A stretch of 32,000 bases of DNA from Acaryochloris marina MBIC11017 (lineage in GTDB: Bacteria > Cyanobacteriota > Cyanobacteriia > Thermosynechococcales > Thermosynechococcaceae): assembly GCF_000018105.1 (NCBI RefSeq), contig NC_009925.1, positions 1,320,001 to 1,352,000 on the forward strand, written 5' to 3'. Shown here piece by piece: positions 7,352 through 16,446 of this stretch (position 1 is the stretch's first letter; every line of letters starts with the position of its first letter). The notes under the pieces were generated by a model. That model was not told the origin of the DNA. It saw only the letters and a list, made by a program, of their open reading frames with translations, and made no database searches. The translations under genes and the position numbers were made by a program.

Positions 7352-9505
7352 TTAGTTCAGTACCTGCATTTGCTTGATCTTCCACTGATCTTGTTCTCGA
7401 ACAAGCTGATAGCGGACACGATAAGTATCTCCCGTATAGGCATCCGTTGTCTGTTGTCCACCTTCGAAGACCTTCGCCGTCTCGGTCACCGTTGCCTCAA
7501 CCGTAGCTTCAGTAGGGCTTTGCTGCTTAATCGCATTAATTTTCAGATCATCAAAGGTATATTCCAAGTGAATCTGATTCAGTTGATCCGACTGAGCACC
7601 AGCCTTCCATTCAGACAAGCTGGGCTCCGCCAAAATTTTATCCAGAGACGCAATTTGGTGATCTTTGCCCATTGCCTCAGCTTTTGCCGATTGCCAAGAC
7701 TGAATAATTTGCCGAGCACTCGTTGTCGTGATTTCTTCGCTAGTAGCTGTCGCAGGAGCAGGTGTGGGGCTAGCCACTGGCGGACTAGCAGTCGGGCTAA
7801 CACTGGGGCTTGCAGGAGAAGGAATGGGGTCAGGGCTGGCCGGTTCAGAAGCTGGATTCTCTGCACCTGGGACTGGATCTTCTGGGCGAGAGCACTGACT
7901 GATAAGACCAAATAAGGCGAATAAAACCAGTGCGACAGCTCCCGCTGCAAAGAACCATCGACGGTATTGCAGTTGCGATCGCGAACGTCGAGTTTTGGAA
8001 GCACCTTGATTTCCTCGACCAGCATCATTCGTCTGCAAAGACTCAGCCTTAGGTGCAGGGGCAGTCGCGGCTGGCATGGAAGATCGTTTTCGAGGACTAT
8101 CTAGTCCCTTCACCGGAGTTAAAGGCGTAACCTTTTTCGCCGATACTGGCGGTTTTCCTGGGGGTCTTTGACGTTTTGACTCTTGACGATGGGCAGCCTG
8201 GGAAGGAAGACGTCCTTCTCGAGCAGAGCCTAGGGTTTCACTTCCCTGCTTGGCTAATAACGGTAAATCTGTAGATGTTGTTGAAGCTGGCATCCGAGGC
8301 GACACAGGCTCCGGTGCTAATCCATTGAGATACGCCTGAATATGTTCATCATTGAAATAGTTCTGCAAAGACAATTGGGTATCATTAAGATCCCTGAAAT
8401 AGGGATACACTTCCTGCTGTAACCAACGTTCTGTATATAAGAACAAGCCTGGAACTAAATCTTCAGCCCCTTCAGAGTACTGATGAATAAACTCTAATGA
8501 CTCTTGGTCCCGACTCAAGGGAAGTGTCTGAATCGCAGCCCCCGGCTGGCCTAACAACAAATAGCACATTGACTTTTCGACTTGAATATCCTGCCGATCA
8601 GCCAACTCCGTCAACGCCGATTTTGCCTGTTGAATAAACTCTGGCTTCCCCTGGGAACAGCCCTTAGCAACCAATGCATAAACCAATAAGTAACTCGCCA
8701 CCGCAGACGGGCGTTCACTCTCTTTTATAAAGAGATCTTGCTGTTCTTGTACCGTTAAATGACACCGTAATTGCTGAATAAATCGCAGAAAATCGTCAAC
8801 ACTCAATCCCGATAAATCATCTTGCGGCCCGTCGATCCCCCCTCGTTCATCTAACATAATTTGAAGAAGAGAAAAGCCTTGCTGACGTTTGGTTAGATTC
8901 TCTTCAGGCTCAGCCAGTAATCCCAAAATACGATAGGGGCGAAGCTTGTATAAATCCAGCTCAATTTCTCGCTGTACTGCAGGAAACAACTGCTCTTGTG
9001 TTAGCAACTTCAAACCAGACTGCAAAACGTCTGAAGCCTTTTCAAACTGCTTTTGCTGCCAACATTCTCGTCCCGCTTCTAAATTCGCTAACGCCATCGC
9101 TAAGATGACATCTTCATCAGACCCATTATTCGCAGACGGCAAGCGATTGAGATCAATTGAACGCTTTAGATATTCGGCTCCTAATTGAGCGATTCGCTCA
9201 TAATCACTTTGCTCCTGCAAAAGCAATAAAGCACCAACCAACTGAGATTCTTGCAGTTCCATACTCCCTATATCCGGAGGGGCAGATTCCGCTAAAATAG
9301 ACTGGTCATAGGCAGTGCGTGCGTTGGAATCAGAGAGTACAGCATGGGCATCTTGCAATAGCTGTGTGCGGGCTGCAATTGCTGTTTTAGAGTACTCTTG
9401 ACGGGGGAGCTGCTGACAACGATCGGCAAATGCCTGTTCAATCTGCTCTGGTGTCGCTTGAATTGGCACACCCAATATTTGATATAAGTCTAAAGGAATA
9501 CGCAC
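7352..9505 (-). CDS. zipN: cell division protein Ftn2/ZipN (ARC6 homologue), DnaJ-like N-terminus
   Basis: The N-terminus MRIPLDLYQILGVPIQATPEQIEQAF is a J-like domain. It is followed by a long helical region, a P/S/A-rich linker, one TM helix (WFFAAGAVALVLFALFGLI) and a C-terminal DUF4101-like domain. Confidence 0.8.
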   Translation of the reverse strand: MRIPLDLYQILGVPIQATPEQIEQAFADRCQQLPRQEYSKTAIAARTQLLQDAHAVLSDSNARTAYDQSILAESAPPDIGSMELQESQLVGALLLLQEQSDYERIAQLGAEYLKRSIDLNRLPSANNGSDEDVILAMALANLEAGRECWQQKQFEKASDVLQSGLKLLTQEQLFPAVQREIELDLYKLRPYRILGLLAEPEENLTKRQQGFSLLQIMLDERGGIDGPQDDLSGLSVDDFLRFIQQLRCHLTVQEQQDLFIKESERPSAVASYLLVYALVAKGCSQGKPEFIQQAKSALTELADRQDIQVEKSMCYLLLGQPGAAIQTLPLSRDQESLEFIHQYSEGAEDLVPGLFLYTERWLQQEVYPYFRDLNDTQLSLQNYFNDEHIQAYLNGLAPEPVSPRMPASTTSTDLPLLAKQGSETLGSAREGRLPSQAAHRQESKRQRPPGKPPVSAKKVTPLTPVKGLDSPRKRSSMPAATAPAPKAESLQTNDAGRGNQGASKTRRSRSQLQYRRWFFAAGAVALVLFALFGLISQCSRPEDPVPGAENPASEPASPDPIPSPASPSVSPTASPPVASPTPAPATATSEEITTTSARQIIQSWQSAKAEAMGKDHQIASLDKILAEPSLSEWKAGAQSDQLNQIHLEYTFDDLKINAIKQQSPTEATVEATVTETAKVFEGGQQTTDAYTGDTYRVRYQLVREQDQWKIKQMQVLN

Positions 9506-9803
9506 AATTCAGTATCCTTGTGAGCCATTTACCGGAAGTGAACAACAGATGAGTGACGAAAATACAAGACAGCAAAGCACTTGAAAATATCATAACCTGC
9601 TGCTTGTAAACGTATACTCTATAGAGGTTCAGTAACGTACATTCATAGCAGCTTAACAAGAAGGTTGACAAATATCAGCTACTCCTTGTCAGTTATGATG
9701 TTGGATTATTGAAATCTAAACATTCCCTAATACCAGACCCTGACAGGTGGCTCAATTAATTAAGCCTTGGCAACATCATCCCAACTGAGGACACTATACA
9801 TCA

Positions 9804-10832
9804 ATGGTTCAAGAAAGAGTTCTACCCAAATTTCCCACCCCTACAATCAAGATTACTCATGATGAAGGGCTTATCCTATACGAGGATATGGTTTTGGGAC
9901 GGGCTTTTGAAGATAAATGTGCCGAGATGTATTACCGCGGCAAGATGTTCGGCTTTGTCCATCTGTATAACGGTCAAGAGGCTGTTTCTACAGGCATTGC
10001 CAAGGCCATGCGTCCAGACGATTTTATTTGCAGCACCTATCGAGATCACGTTCATGCCCTGAGTGCAGGCGTCCCAGCCCGGCAAGTTATGGCCGAACTA
10101 TTCGGCAAAGAGACCGGTTGCAGCAAAGGCCGAGGAGGATCAATGCATCTATTCTCCTCAGAACATAACTTGATTGGTGGCTTTGCCTTTGTCGCAGAAG
10201 GGATCCCTGTTGCCACTGGTGTTGCCTTTCAAAGCCGCTATCGTCGAGAAGCGATGGGCGATGCAGCTTCCGATCACGTCACAGCCTGCTTCTTCGGTGA
10301 TGGAGCTAGTAATAATGGCCAGTTCTTTGAGTGCCTAAACATGGCCTCTCTCTGGAAATTACCCATCTTGTTTGTGGTGGAAAATAATAAATGGGCGATT
10401 GGCATGGCCCATGAACGCGCTAGCTCAGAGACCGAGATTTACAAGAAAGCTAAAGTCTTTGGCATGGAAGGGGTTGAAGTCGATGGCATGGATGTATTGG
10501 CAGTTCGTGAAGTCGCCCAAACTGCAATTGCTAGGGCTAGAGCCGGTGAGGGACCAACCTTAATCGAAGCATTGACCTACCGCTTTAGAGGTCACTCCCT
10601 AGCTGATCCAGATGAACTCAGATCTGCAGCAGAGAAAGAAGAATGGTTAGCCCGAGACCCGATCACGAAATTTAAGTCTTACTTAGTCGACCAAAAACTT
10701 GTTAAAGAGCAAGAGTTACTTGACATTGACAGAAAAATTCAAACCCTAATTGAAGAAGCTGTTCAATTTGCGGAAGAGAGTCCTGATCCCAAACCAGAAG
10801 ATCTCTACCGATATATCTTTGTGGATGACTGA
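9804..10832 (+). CDS. pdhA: pyruvate dehydrogenase E1 component alpha subunit
   Basis: 342 aa with the TPP-binding motif [34 protein letters not shown] and an [10 protein letters not shown] region. Confidence 0.93.
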   Translation: MVQERVLPKFPTPTIKITHDEGLILYEDMVLGRAFEDKCAEMYYRGKMFGFVHLYNGQEAVSTGIAKAMRPDDFICSTYRDHVHALSAGVPARQVMAELFGKETGCSKGRGGSMHLFSSEHNLIGGFAFVAEGIPVATGVAFQSRYRREAMGDAASDHVTACFFGDGASNNGQFFECLNMASLWKLPILFVVENNKWAIGMAHERASSETEIYKKAKVFGMEGVEVDGMDVLAVREVAQTAIARARAGEGPTLIEALTYRFRGHSLADPDELRSAAEKEEWLARDPITKFKSYLVDQKLVKEQELLDIDRKIQTLIEEAVQFAEESPDPKPEDLYRYIFVDD

Positions 10833-10957
10833 TATTACGTCTTTACCTAGTGTGAAACAACCTAGTTATTCAAGCTTTTGAAGCATAAAGTATGATTGAA
10901 ACTAGGTGTCTCATATCAAAAGCTATTGCAGTAAAGCAAAGAATAAGGTGTTATTGA

Positions 10958-11401
10958 GTGCCCCATCGTAATCCTATTCCTACAGTCGATATCATTATTG
11001 AAATGTGGGATAGGCCAAATTGTCCTATTGTCTTAATCGAGCGCAAAAACCCACCCTACGGTTGGGCCCTGCCAGGGGGGTTCGTTGATTATGGAGAATC
11101 TGTAGAGTCAGCGGCCATCAGAGAAGCCCAAGAAGAAACCTGTTTATCGGTCGATTTGCTGGAACAGTTTCATGTATATTCATCCCCGGATCGTGATTCG
11201 CGGCAGCATACTCTCAGCATCGTGTTTATTGCCACAGCAATTGGTGACCCCAAAGCCGCAGATGATGCCCAAACTTTAGAACTATTCGAGCCATGGCAAC
11301 TGCCCAAAAAACTCTGTTTTGATCATCATCAGATTCTAAATGACTATCAACAATATCGTTATCACCACAGAAGACCAAATTTACCACTGATAACAAGTTG
11401 A
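10958..11401 (+). CDS. NUDIX hydrolase
   Basis: Nudix box [28 protein letters not shown] start is required to include the first beta-strand ([10 protein letters not shown]). Confidence 0.85.
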   Translation: MPHRNPIPTVDIIIEMWDRPNCPIVLIERKNPPYGWALPGGFVDYGESVESAAIREAQEETCLSVDLLEQFHVYSSPDRDSRQHTLSIVFIATAIGDPKAADDAQTLELFEPWQLPKKLCFDHHQILNDYQQYRYHHRRPNLPLITS

Positions 11402-11412
11402 ATATTTATCAC

Positions 11413-12228
11413 TTAGTCTTCTTCAGGAAATTGAATCTTAAGTATGTTTTGTTCGGTAACACTGACCTGACCACCTAGAGCTTGTATTTCCGATATAGAG
11501 CGCTGGCGAGTCTCCTCGTCAGGAGCACTATTTAATACCATTAGCCATGCACTAATTCGGGCATTCTTACTATCAGGATTGTCTTTAAGAAATTCAGCGG
11601 TTTTGGTAACAATGGCTCCTATTCGTTTGGCTTCAGGATCTGCACTATCTCGAGCCCACTGGGCAGCTTTCAGGTACGAACTCCTAGCAGCTTGGTTATC
11701 CCCCAAGAACAATAACTCATCTGAAGCTTTAGAGACCCAAAGTGAATATGCATCGGGAGAGATTTCTGGAGAGAGTGATTTTAGGCCTTTTTCTGTCAGA
11801 GTCACTGACTGGTCTGGCCGTCCCGCAAAGATTGAAGTTGCAGGAGACATAAACTTGTAGGGCTGTGTGAATTTTGGGTCGCGGTCTACAAAAATTTCAA
11901 AGTACTTAGGGGTCAATGCATAGCCTATTTGTTGGCGAGCATCTTTCTCTCCAAAATATTGAAGAAATCGCAAGAATGTCCAATCTGCGACAAGGTTGTC
12001 GAAACCAAAGCTTGGTAAATTTTTAATAAAAGCTAAATTCGCTTTTTCTTGTTCTGCTTCTAATAGATAAACTGTTGTAGGTTTAGTTACTTCAGTTTGA
12101 GCTTGAATCTCTGTAATCTTAGTCAGTTGTAATGTAGTAATACCACCAGTACAAACAAGTGCGAGTACTGGCGTCAACAATTTTGTTAGAGAAAGCAGAT
12201 AAGACATATCTAACACTGTTGTCTTCAA
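11413..12228 (-). CDS. hypothetical protein with N-terminal hydrophobic segment, pilin-operon associated
   Basis: 271-aa ORF 30 nt downstream of the second pilin gene on the same strand. TTG start; an alternative ATG lies at 12207. It resembles the gene that follows pilA1-pilA2 in Synechocystis (sll1696), from memory only. Confidence 0.6.
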   Translation of the reverse strand: MKTTVLDMSYLLSLTKLLTPVLALVCTGGITTLQLTKITEIQAQTEVTKPTTVYLLEAEQEKANLAFIKNLPSFGFDNLVADWTFLRFLQYFGEKDARQQIGYALTPKYFEIFVDRDPKFTQPYKFMSPATSIFAGRPDQSVTLTEKGLKSLSPEISPDAYSLWVSKASDELLFLGDNQAARSSYLKAAQWARDSADPEAKRIGAIVTKTAEFLKDNPDSKNARISAWLMVLNSAPDEETRQRSISEIQALGGQVSVTEQNILKIQFPEED

Positions 12229-12258
12229 GACACTATCAAAACTCTATCTCTTGTTGAC

Positions 12259-12735
12259 TTAGCAACTAGGAGGAGTAGCAATAGTTCCAGCACCTGGTGC
12301 TGGTTGTTCCTCAAGTGTAACGCTAGTAGTTGCTAAACCTCCAAAAACGATATTGGCATTAGTACACCCCGTAATAGCACTCAGCAAAGGATCTGTTGGA
12401 GTAGCTCTAAACTCAGCTACTGTTGAATTCACAGTACCAAATGAATAAGTATATTTTTCAGTCGTTAAAGGGAGACCAATACCAAGCAACCCCATATCGT
12501 CAGCAAAGGTTCGTTCTTCTAAGCGATAAGCTTGCTGGGCACGGTTGACAGCACCAATGTGGCTTTTAGCAGCAGATTGCCGGGCTTTGTTGGCCTGATT
12601 TAGAAGGGATGGTAATGCTACACCTGCTAGAATAGCAATAATCACAATAACAACCAACAATTCAATCAACGTAAATCCTTTTTGAGTCTTCGACTTAGGA
12701 ATAGTTGATAATATTTTCAAGTAACAATGAGACAT
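12259..12735 (-). CDS. type IV pilin (PilA2-like)
   Basis: Prepilin leader ending KG|FTLIELLVVIVIIAILAGVALP and a C-terminal Cys pair (TGC ... PPSC). The ORF opens at GTG 12747; ATG 12735 is preferred. Confidence 0.85.
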   Translation of the reverse strand: MSHCYLKILSTIPKSKTQKGFTLIELLVVIVIIAILAGVALPSLLNQANKARQSAAKSHIGAVNRAQQAYRLEERTFADDMGLLGIGLPLTTEKYTYSFGTVNSTVAEFRATPTDPLLSAITGCTNANIVFGGLATTSVTLEEQPAPGAGTIATPPSC

Positions 12736-13365
12736 GAGAAAGTACACTTTAAACTGCTGGCTAGTGAGTAAACGAAATACGTCGAAATATCAATTTTTCA
12801 ATAAAAAGCTTTGTAAAATAAATAATCTTTATTCTTAGCTTAGCTACTCGATCATCAAGTCAACTTTAGTGCAAGTCTAAATAAGTGAAAGGCACTAAAG
12901 AATCAATAAAAGTCAATAAGATTACACTGAATATAATCATTTCAGTTCATCTATCTGTTCTTAGAAGAGTCTTTCAAAAAAGCCTTAATCCATAAACGGG
13001 ATTTTGCAACTACTATATCTTTAATCTATCCATCTGTTTTTATATTCGCCTCAGCAAAAATACGGTTTTGAATGAATCATATCTTGAAATATATAAAATA
13101 AATATGAGTTCAAAACAAGATAAATCTCTTATTATTACCTCAGCTAAAACCTGATCCTTCTATAGTAAAAACCTCAAAAATAGGCTTAATCTAAACTAGG
13201 GTTAAGCCATTTTCATTCAAGAGGTTTAGAGCAAAAGAAGAATTTAGTTTTTTTATTAAAAAAGACAGAACTGAAATGAGGATCAACCTGGAGTATCATC
13301 CTCACAATCTATTTCAGATCATTAAAGTAATTAATCAAGGTTTATTAATTACTAGGCGATGATAT

Positions 13366-13479
13366 TAGACCTCTTGCAATATTCGTTTCATGATGTGCTA
13401 CTTACGGAAAAAATGTCGCGATCTGACTCGAATTTTAAGTCCTCTACCATATCGTTAGTTGAATTATGCAAGAGGTCTA
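13366..13479. repeat. perfect 13-bp inverted repeat pair flanking 88 bp
   Basis: TAGACCTCTTGCA at 13366-13378 and TGCAAGAGGTCTA at 13467-13479. Confidence 0.8.
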
Positions 13480-13682
13480 TTGAAACTCAACTATATTTGT
13501 AAATACAAATTCACCTAGATTCCTTATGGAGAAAGATAACCAATCCAGATTTAAAATAAAATATAGTTCACATTAAAATCCCTGATCTACTTAGTATGAA
13601 GATTGATCAGACAATTTGCAAAACCGAAAAATCTCTTGACACCCATGAAACCTTCAATATCACGTTTTTCAATCTATTGATA

Positions 13683-13731
13683 CAACATAAGACTTCTAGT
13701 AGTGATTATCACCACTAGAAGTCTTATGTTG
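13683..13731 (-). terminator. 22-bp stem-loop downstream of pilA1 (terminator or mRNA-stabilising hairpin)
   Basis: CAACATAAGACTTCTAGTAGTG-ATTAT-CACCACTAGAAGTCTTATGTTG pairs at 21 of 22 positions. It lies 86 nt after the pilA1 stop. No clear U-tract follows. Confidence 0.45.
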
Positions 13732-13816
13732 AACTATATATCGTGGTTGTCTATAAATTTATGAGTGAAACAGTTCAGAGATTCCTCAGGTTATAAACAC
13801 CCTTCGATTGAATCGA

Positions 13817-14269
13817 TTATGGGCAGGCAGGAGCTGCAGCACCCTCTTCAATGGAAGAGTCGGTGGTACCAGTGGCAGCATCAACAGAAACACAACCACG
13901 GTAGAATTGCAAGCCTGAACCAGTATCGTTAGGGTTTGCTGAAGTTTCACCGGCAGTAGCAGTAGCAGTAGCAATAGCAATTGTGTAATCTTCTGTGCTA
14001 GCGTCAGCGATTTGCAAGTCAGCATACGCAGGAGCAAACTGAGTCTCCTCTAAGCGATAAGCTTGCTGAGCACGATTAACAGCACCCACTTGACTTTGGG
14101 CAGCAGATTGTCTTGCTCTATTAGCTTGGTTGAGCATGGAAGGTAGAGCTACAGCAGCCAAAATACCGATGATGATTACAACAACCAAAAGTTCAATTAG
14201 AGTGAAACCTTTGTTGCCTTTCTTATTTGCGAAGTGCTGGATGAGTTTGGCTTGTAGATTAGTCTTCAT
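13817..14269 (-). CDS. pilA: type IV major pilin (PilA1-like)
   Basis: Leader MKTNLQAKLIQHFANKKGNKG|FTLIELLVVVIIIGILAAVALPSMLNQANRARQ and a C-terminal Cys pair (RGC ... PACP). Confidence 0.9.
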   Translation of the reverse strand: MKTNLQAKLIQHFANKKGNKGFTLIELLVVVIIIGILAAVALPSMLNQANRARQSAAQSQVGAVNRAQQAYRLEETQFAPAYADLQIADASTEDYTIAIATATATAGETSANPNDTGSGLQFYRGCVSVDAATGTTDSSIEEGAAAPACP

Positions 14270-14526
14270 AGTTGTAAAGTCTCTCTTTGGGTATTGGATT
14301 CAAGTCTTTTTCGCTCCCAAATATACATTACCCAGTCCTAAAACTTTTCATATCAAGTTGGAGACCGTTTTGACAAAGTTCAGTGTATATACAGAGATAG
14401 TTCATATGCAATTTCCCCAGGGAATTAAGTACTTCCCTAAAAATACGGAATTTCTGGCTGATTAACCTCCAATACGGTTTCCCTTCAACCCTCCACTCAA
14501 ACAGGTAGCTACCAGAAAAGTCCTTA

Positions 14527-15393
14527 GAGCGTGTTTGAAAAGTCATCCAGGTAGAGTTGAGAGGCTCAATACATTAGCCACTCAACCTCAAAATGGTACG
14601 ACACCCCTACGATACAGACCTCACCCTTGACCAGTGGGAACTGCTGCGTCCACTCTTGCCAAAGGCTAAGTCGGGTGGAAGACCTCGAAGGGTGAACTTG
14701 TTGGCCGTGGTCAATGCCATTTTCTACCTCCTACGTTCGGGGTGTCCCTGGCGACTGATACCCCATGACTTTCCAGCATGGCAAACGGTCTATACCTATT
14801 TCAGACAGTGGGAAGCCGATGGAACCTGGGAGCGCCTCAATCGTGCCTTGCGAGAGAAACTCAGAATCCAAGCTGGGCGACATCGACATCCCAGTGCTGC
14901 TTGTGTTGATTCTCAATCCGTCAAAACAGCAGGGGCTGCCCAGGAAAAAGGCTTCGATGGCGGTAAGAAGGTGAAAGGGCGGAAGCGGACAATCCTCGTC
15001 GATACGATGGGATTACTCATCGGTGCAACGGTTCACAGTGCCCGCCGCTCAGATCATCAAGGCATGATATTGCTAGGACTTTGGTTTTCAGCCTTTTGGC
15101 AAAGCATTCAGCTCATCTGGACCGACCAGACTTTTGGTGGTCAAGCCTTCACGGCTTGGTTTCAGAAGACTTTTGGCTGGACGATGGAAGTGGTCAAACG
15201 TCCGGAGGAGCAGCAAGGGTTTGAGGTACTCCCTCGTCGTTGGGTGGTAGAGCGCACATTTGCTTGGTTTGGTCATTACCGTCGCTTGAGCAAAGATTAT
15301 GAGTATTTACCAACAACGAGTGAGATGATGTTGTACGCTGCGATGGTCAATCTCATGCTCAAAAGGTTGGCCTAAATCTTCTCAAACACGCTC
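14527..15393 (+). mobile_element. IS5-family insertion sequence, copy A
   Basis: Terminal inverted repeats are GAGCGTGTTTGAAAAG (left) and the reverse complement GAGCGTGTTTGAGAAG (right). The element is flanked by TTA (14524-14526 and 15394-15396) and contains one transposase ORF. Confidence 0.8.
14593..15375 (+). CDS. IS5-family DDE transposase (260 aa)
   Basis: N-terminal DLTLDQWELLRPLLP...GRPRR...AIFYLLRSGCPWRLIPHDFP (DUF4096-like) and C-terminal DDE_Tnp_1 motifs (VDSQSVK, RKRTILVD, RWVVERTFAWF). Confidence 0.9.
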   Translation: MVRHPYDTDLTLDQWELLRPLLPKAKSGGRPRRVNLLAVVNAIFYLLRSGCPWRLIPHDFPAWQTVYTYFRQWEADGTWERLNRALREKLRIQAGRHRHPSAACVDSQSVKTAGAAQEKGFDGGKKVKGRKRTILVDTMGLLIGATVHSARRSDHQGMILLGLWFSAFWQSIQLIWTDQTFGGQAFTAWFQKTFGWTMEVVKRPEEQQGFEVLPRRWVVERTFAWFGHYRRLSKDYEYLPTTSEMMLYAAMVNLMLKRLA

Positions 15394-15396
15394 TTA

Positions 15397-16294
15397 GAGG
15401 CTGTTTGAGAAGTTTTAGTACTCCTGCGCCAGCCTTCGAACCATGAGTCGAATCATCGCCACATATGCGAGTGCTTCAGCTGTTCTGGTCAAAAGCTCAT
15501 AATCTTTATTAAGACGTCGAGACCACAACAACCATCCAAACGTCCGTTCTACAATCCATCGTTTGGGAACAACCTGAAACCCCGCTAGATTATCTGAGCG
15601 TTTGATCACTTCCAAGACATATTGAAAACGGTCCATTACCCACTTCATAAAAGCTTGTCCTTGATAGCCAGCATCGGCCCATATCCGAACTAGACGGGAC
15701 AAACTCGCACCTTGGCGTCGAGCTTTCCAAAACAGTATTTTGGCCCCTCGTTGGTCAGAGATATTGGCAGCAGTGACTATCACCATCAGAACCAGTCCTA
15801 AAGTATCAACGAGCACATGACGTTTACGCCCCTTAATCTGTTTTCCACCATCAAACCCAATCGAGTGACACCGAGGATTACCAACTTTGACTGATTGAGC
15901 ATCACAGATAGCAGCACGGGGACTCGGATGACGGTCTTCACTCACCCGCTCTTGCATGCGTAGATGCTCATTGATGTGGACCCAAGTCCCATCATCACGC
16001 CACCTTCGAAAATAGCTATAGACCGTTGACCAACAGGGAAAGTCATGAGGTAGCTGTCTCCACTGGCAACCCGTAACCACGAGATACAAAATGGCATTGA
16101 GAACACTGCGCATATCAGTGGTGCGAGGTCTACCTCCAGGTTTAGCAGCGGGAATCAGGGGCTCGAGTAATTCCCATTGCTCTGCTGTTAGGTCGCTATC
16201 ATATGCTGTAGGCATTGCTCTCTAGGTCCTGTCCAGTGTTTGTGTATTGACAGATTAGTACCTTGAGAGCTTTACTCACTTCTCAAACAGCCTC
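15397..16294 (-). mobile_element. IS5-family insertion sequence, copy B (related but distinct)
   Basis: Perfect 17-bp terminal inverted repeats GAGGCTGTTTGAGAAGT, flanked by TTA (15394-15396 and 16295-16297). The transposase is on the minus strand. Confidence 0.8.
15415..16215 (-). CDS. IS5-family DDE transposase (266 aa)
   Basis: Same architecture as copy A (DLTAEQWELLEPLIP, GCQWRQLPHDFP, RKRHVLVD, RWIVERTFGWL). By eye the two share roughly half their residues. Confidence 0.9.
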   Translation of the reverse strand: MPTAYDSDLTAEQWELLEPLIPAAKPGGRPRTTDMRSVLNAILYLVVTGCQWRQLPHDFPCWSTVYSYFRRWRDDGTWVHINEHLRMQERVSEDRHPSPRAAICDAQSVKVGNPRCHSIGFDGGKQIKGRKRHVLVDTLGLVLMVIVTAANISDQRGAKILFWKARRQGASLSRLVRIWADAGYQGQAFMKWVMDRFQYVLEVIKRSDNLAGFQVVPKRWIVERTFGWLLWSRRLNKDYELLTRTAEALAYVAMIRLMVRRLAQEY

Positions 16295-16446
16295 TTAGTC
16301 TCGCTTGAGAGTGAGCCTATTTCATGGGGATAAGACCCATATAAGCTGAGGTATAAACTTGAGTGATGTATATACGAAATGGTTGGGGCGACTCAAGATA
16401 CAACATTGAAATTTATCGGAATACCAAGAATATAGGGACTCAACGT

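Noticed and set aside
7370-8028. ORFs 7370-7915 (+) and 7579-8028 (-) inside zipN
   Set aside because: These are shadow frames of the P/S/A-rich linker-coding region of zipN. Their composition is R/L/S-rich.
9665-9699. TTGACA ... TATGAT as the pdhA promoter
   Set aside because: The spacer between the hexamers is 23 nt, too long for a sigma70-type promoter.
13786-14037. Poly-leucine ORF 13786-14037 (-)
   Set aside because: It is an alternative frame of pilA1 and its run of leucines comes from the GCA/GTA-rich pilin coding sequence.
14130-14546. ORFs 14130-14465 (+) and 14328-14546 (-) upstream of pilA1
   Set aside because: They overlap the pilA1 5' end, its promoter region and the IS end, and have no SD motif and no family resemblance.
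16363-16446. N-terminal 28-codon extension of comM from GTG 16363
   Set aside because: The ComM family starts at the MLARVWS... motif. The extension lies in AT-rich leader sequence.
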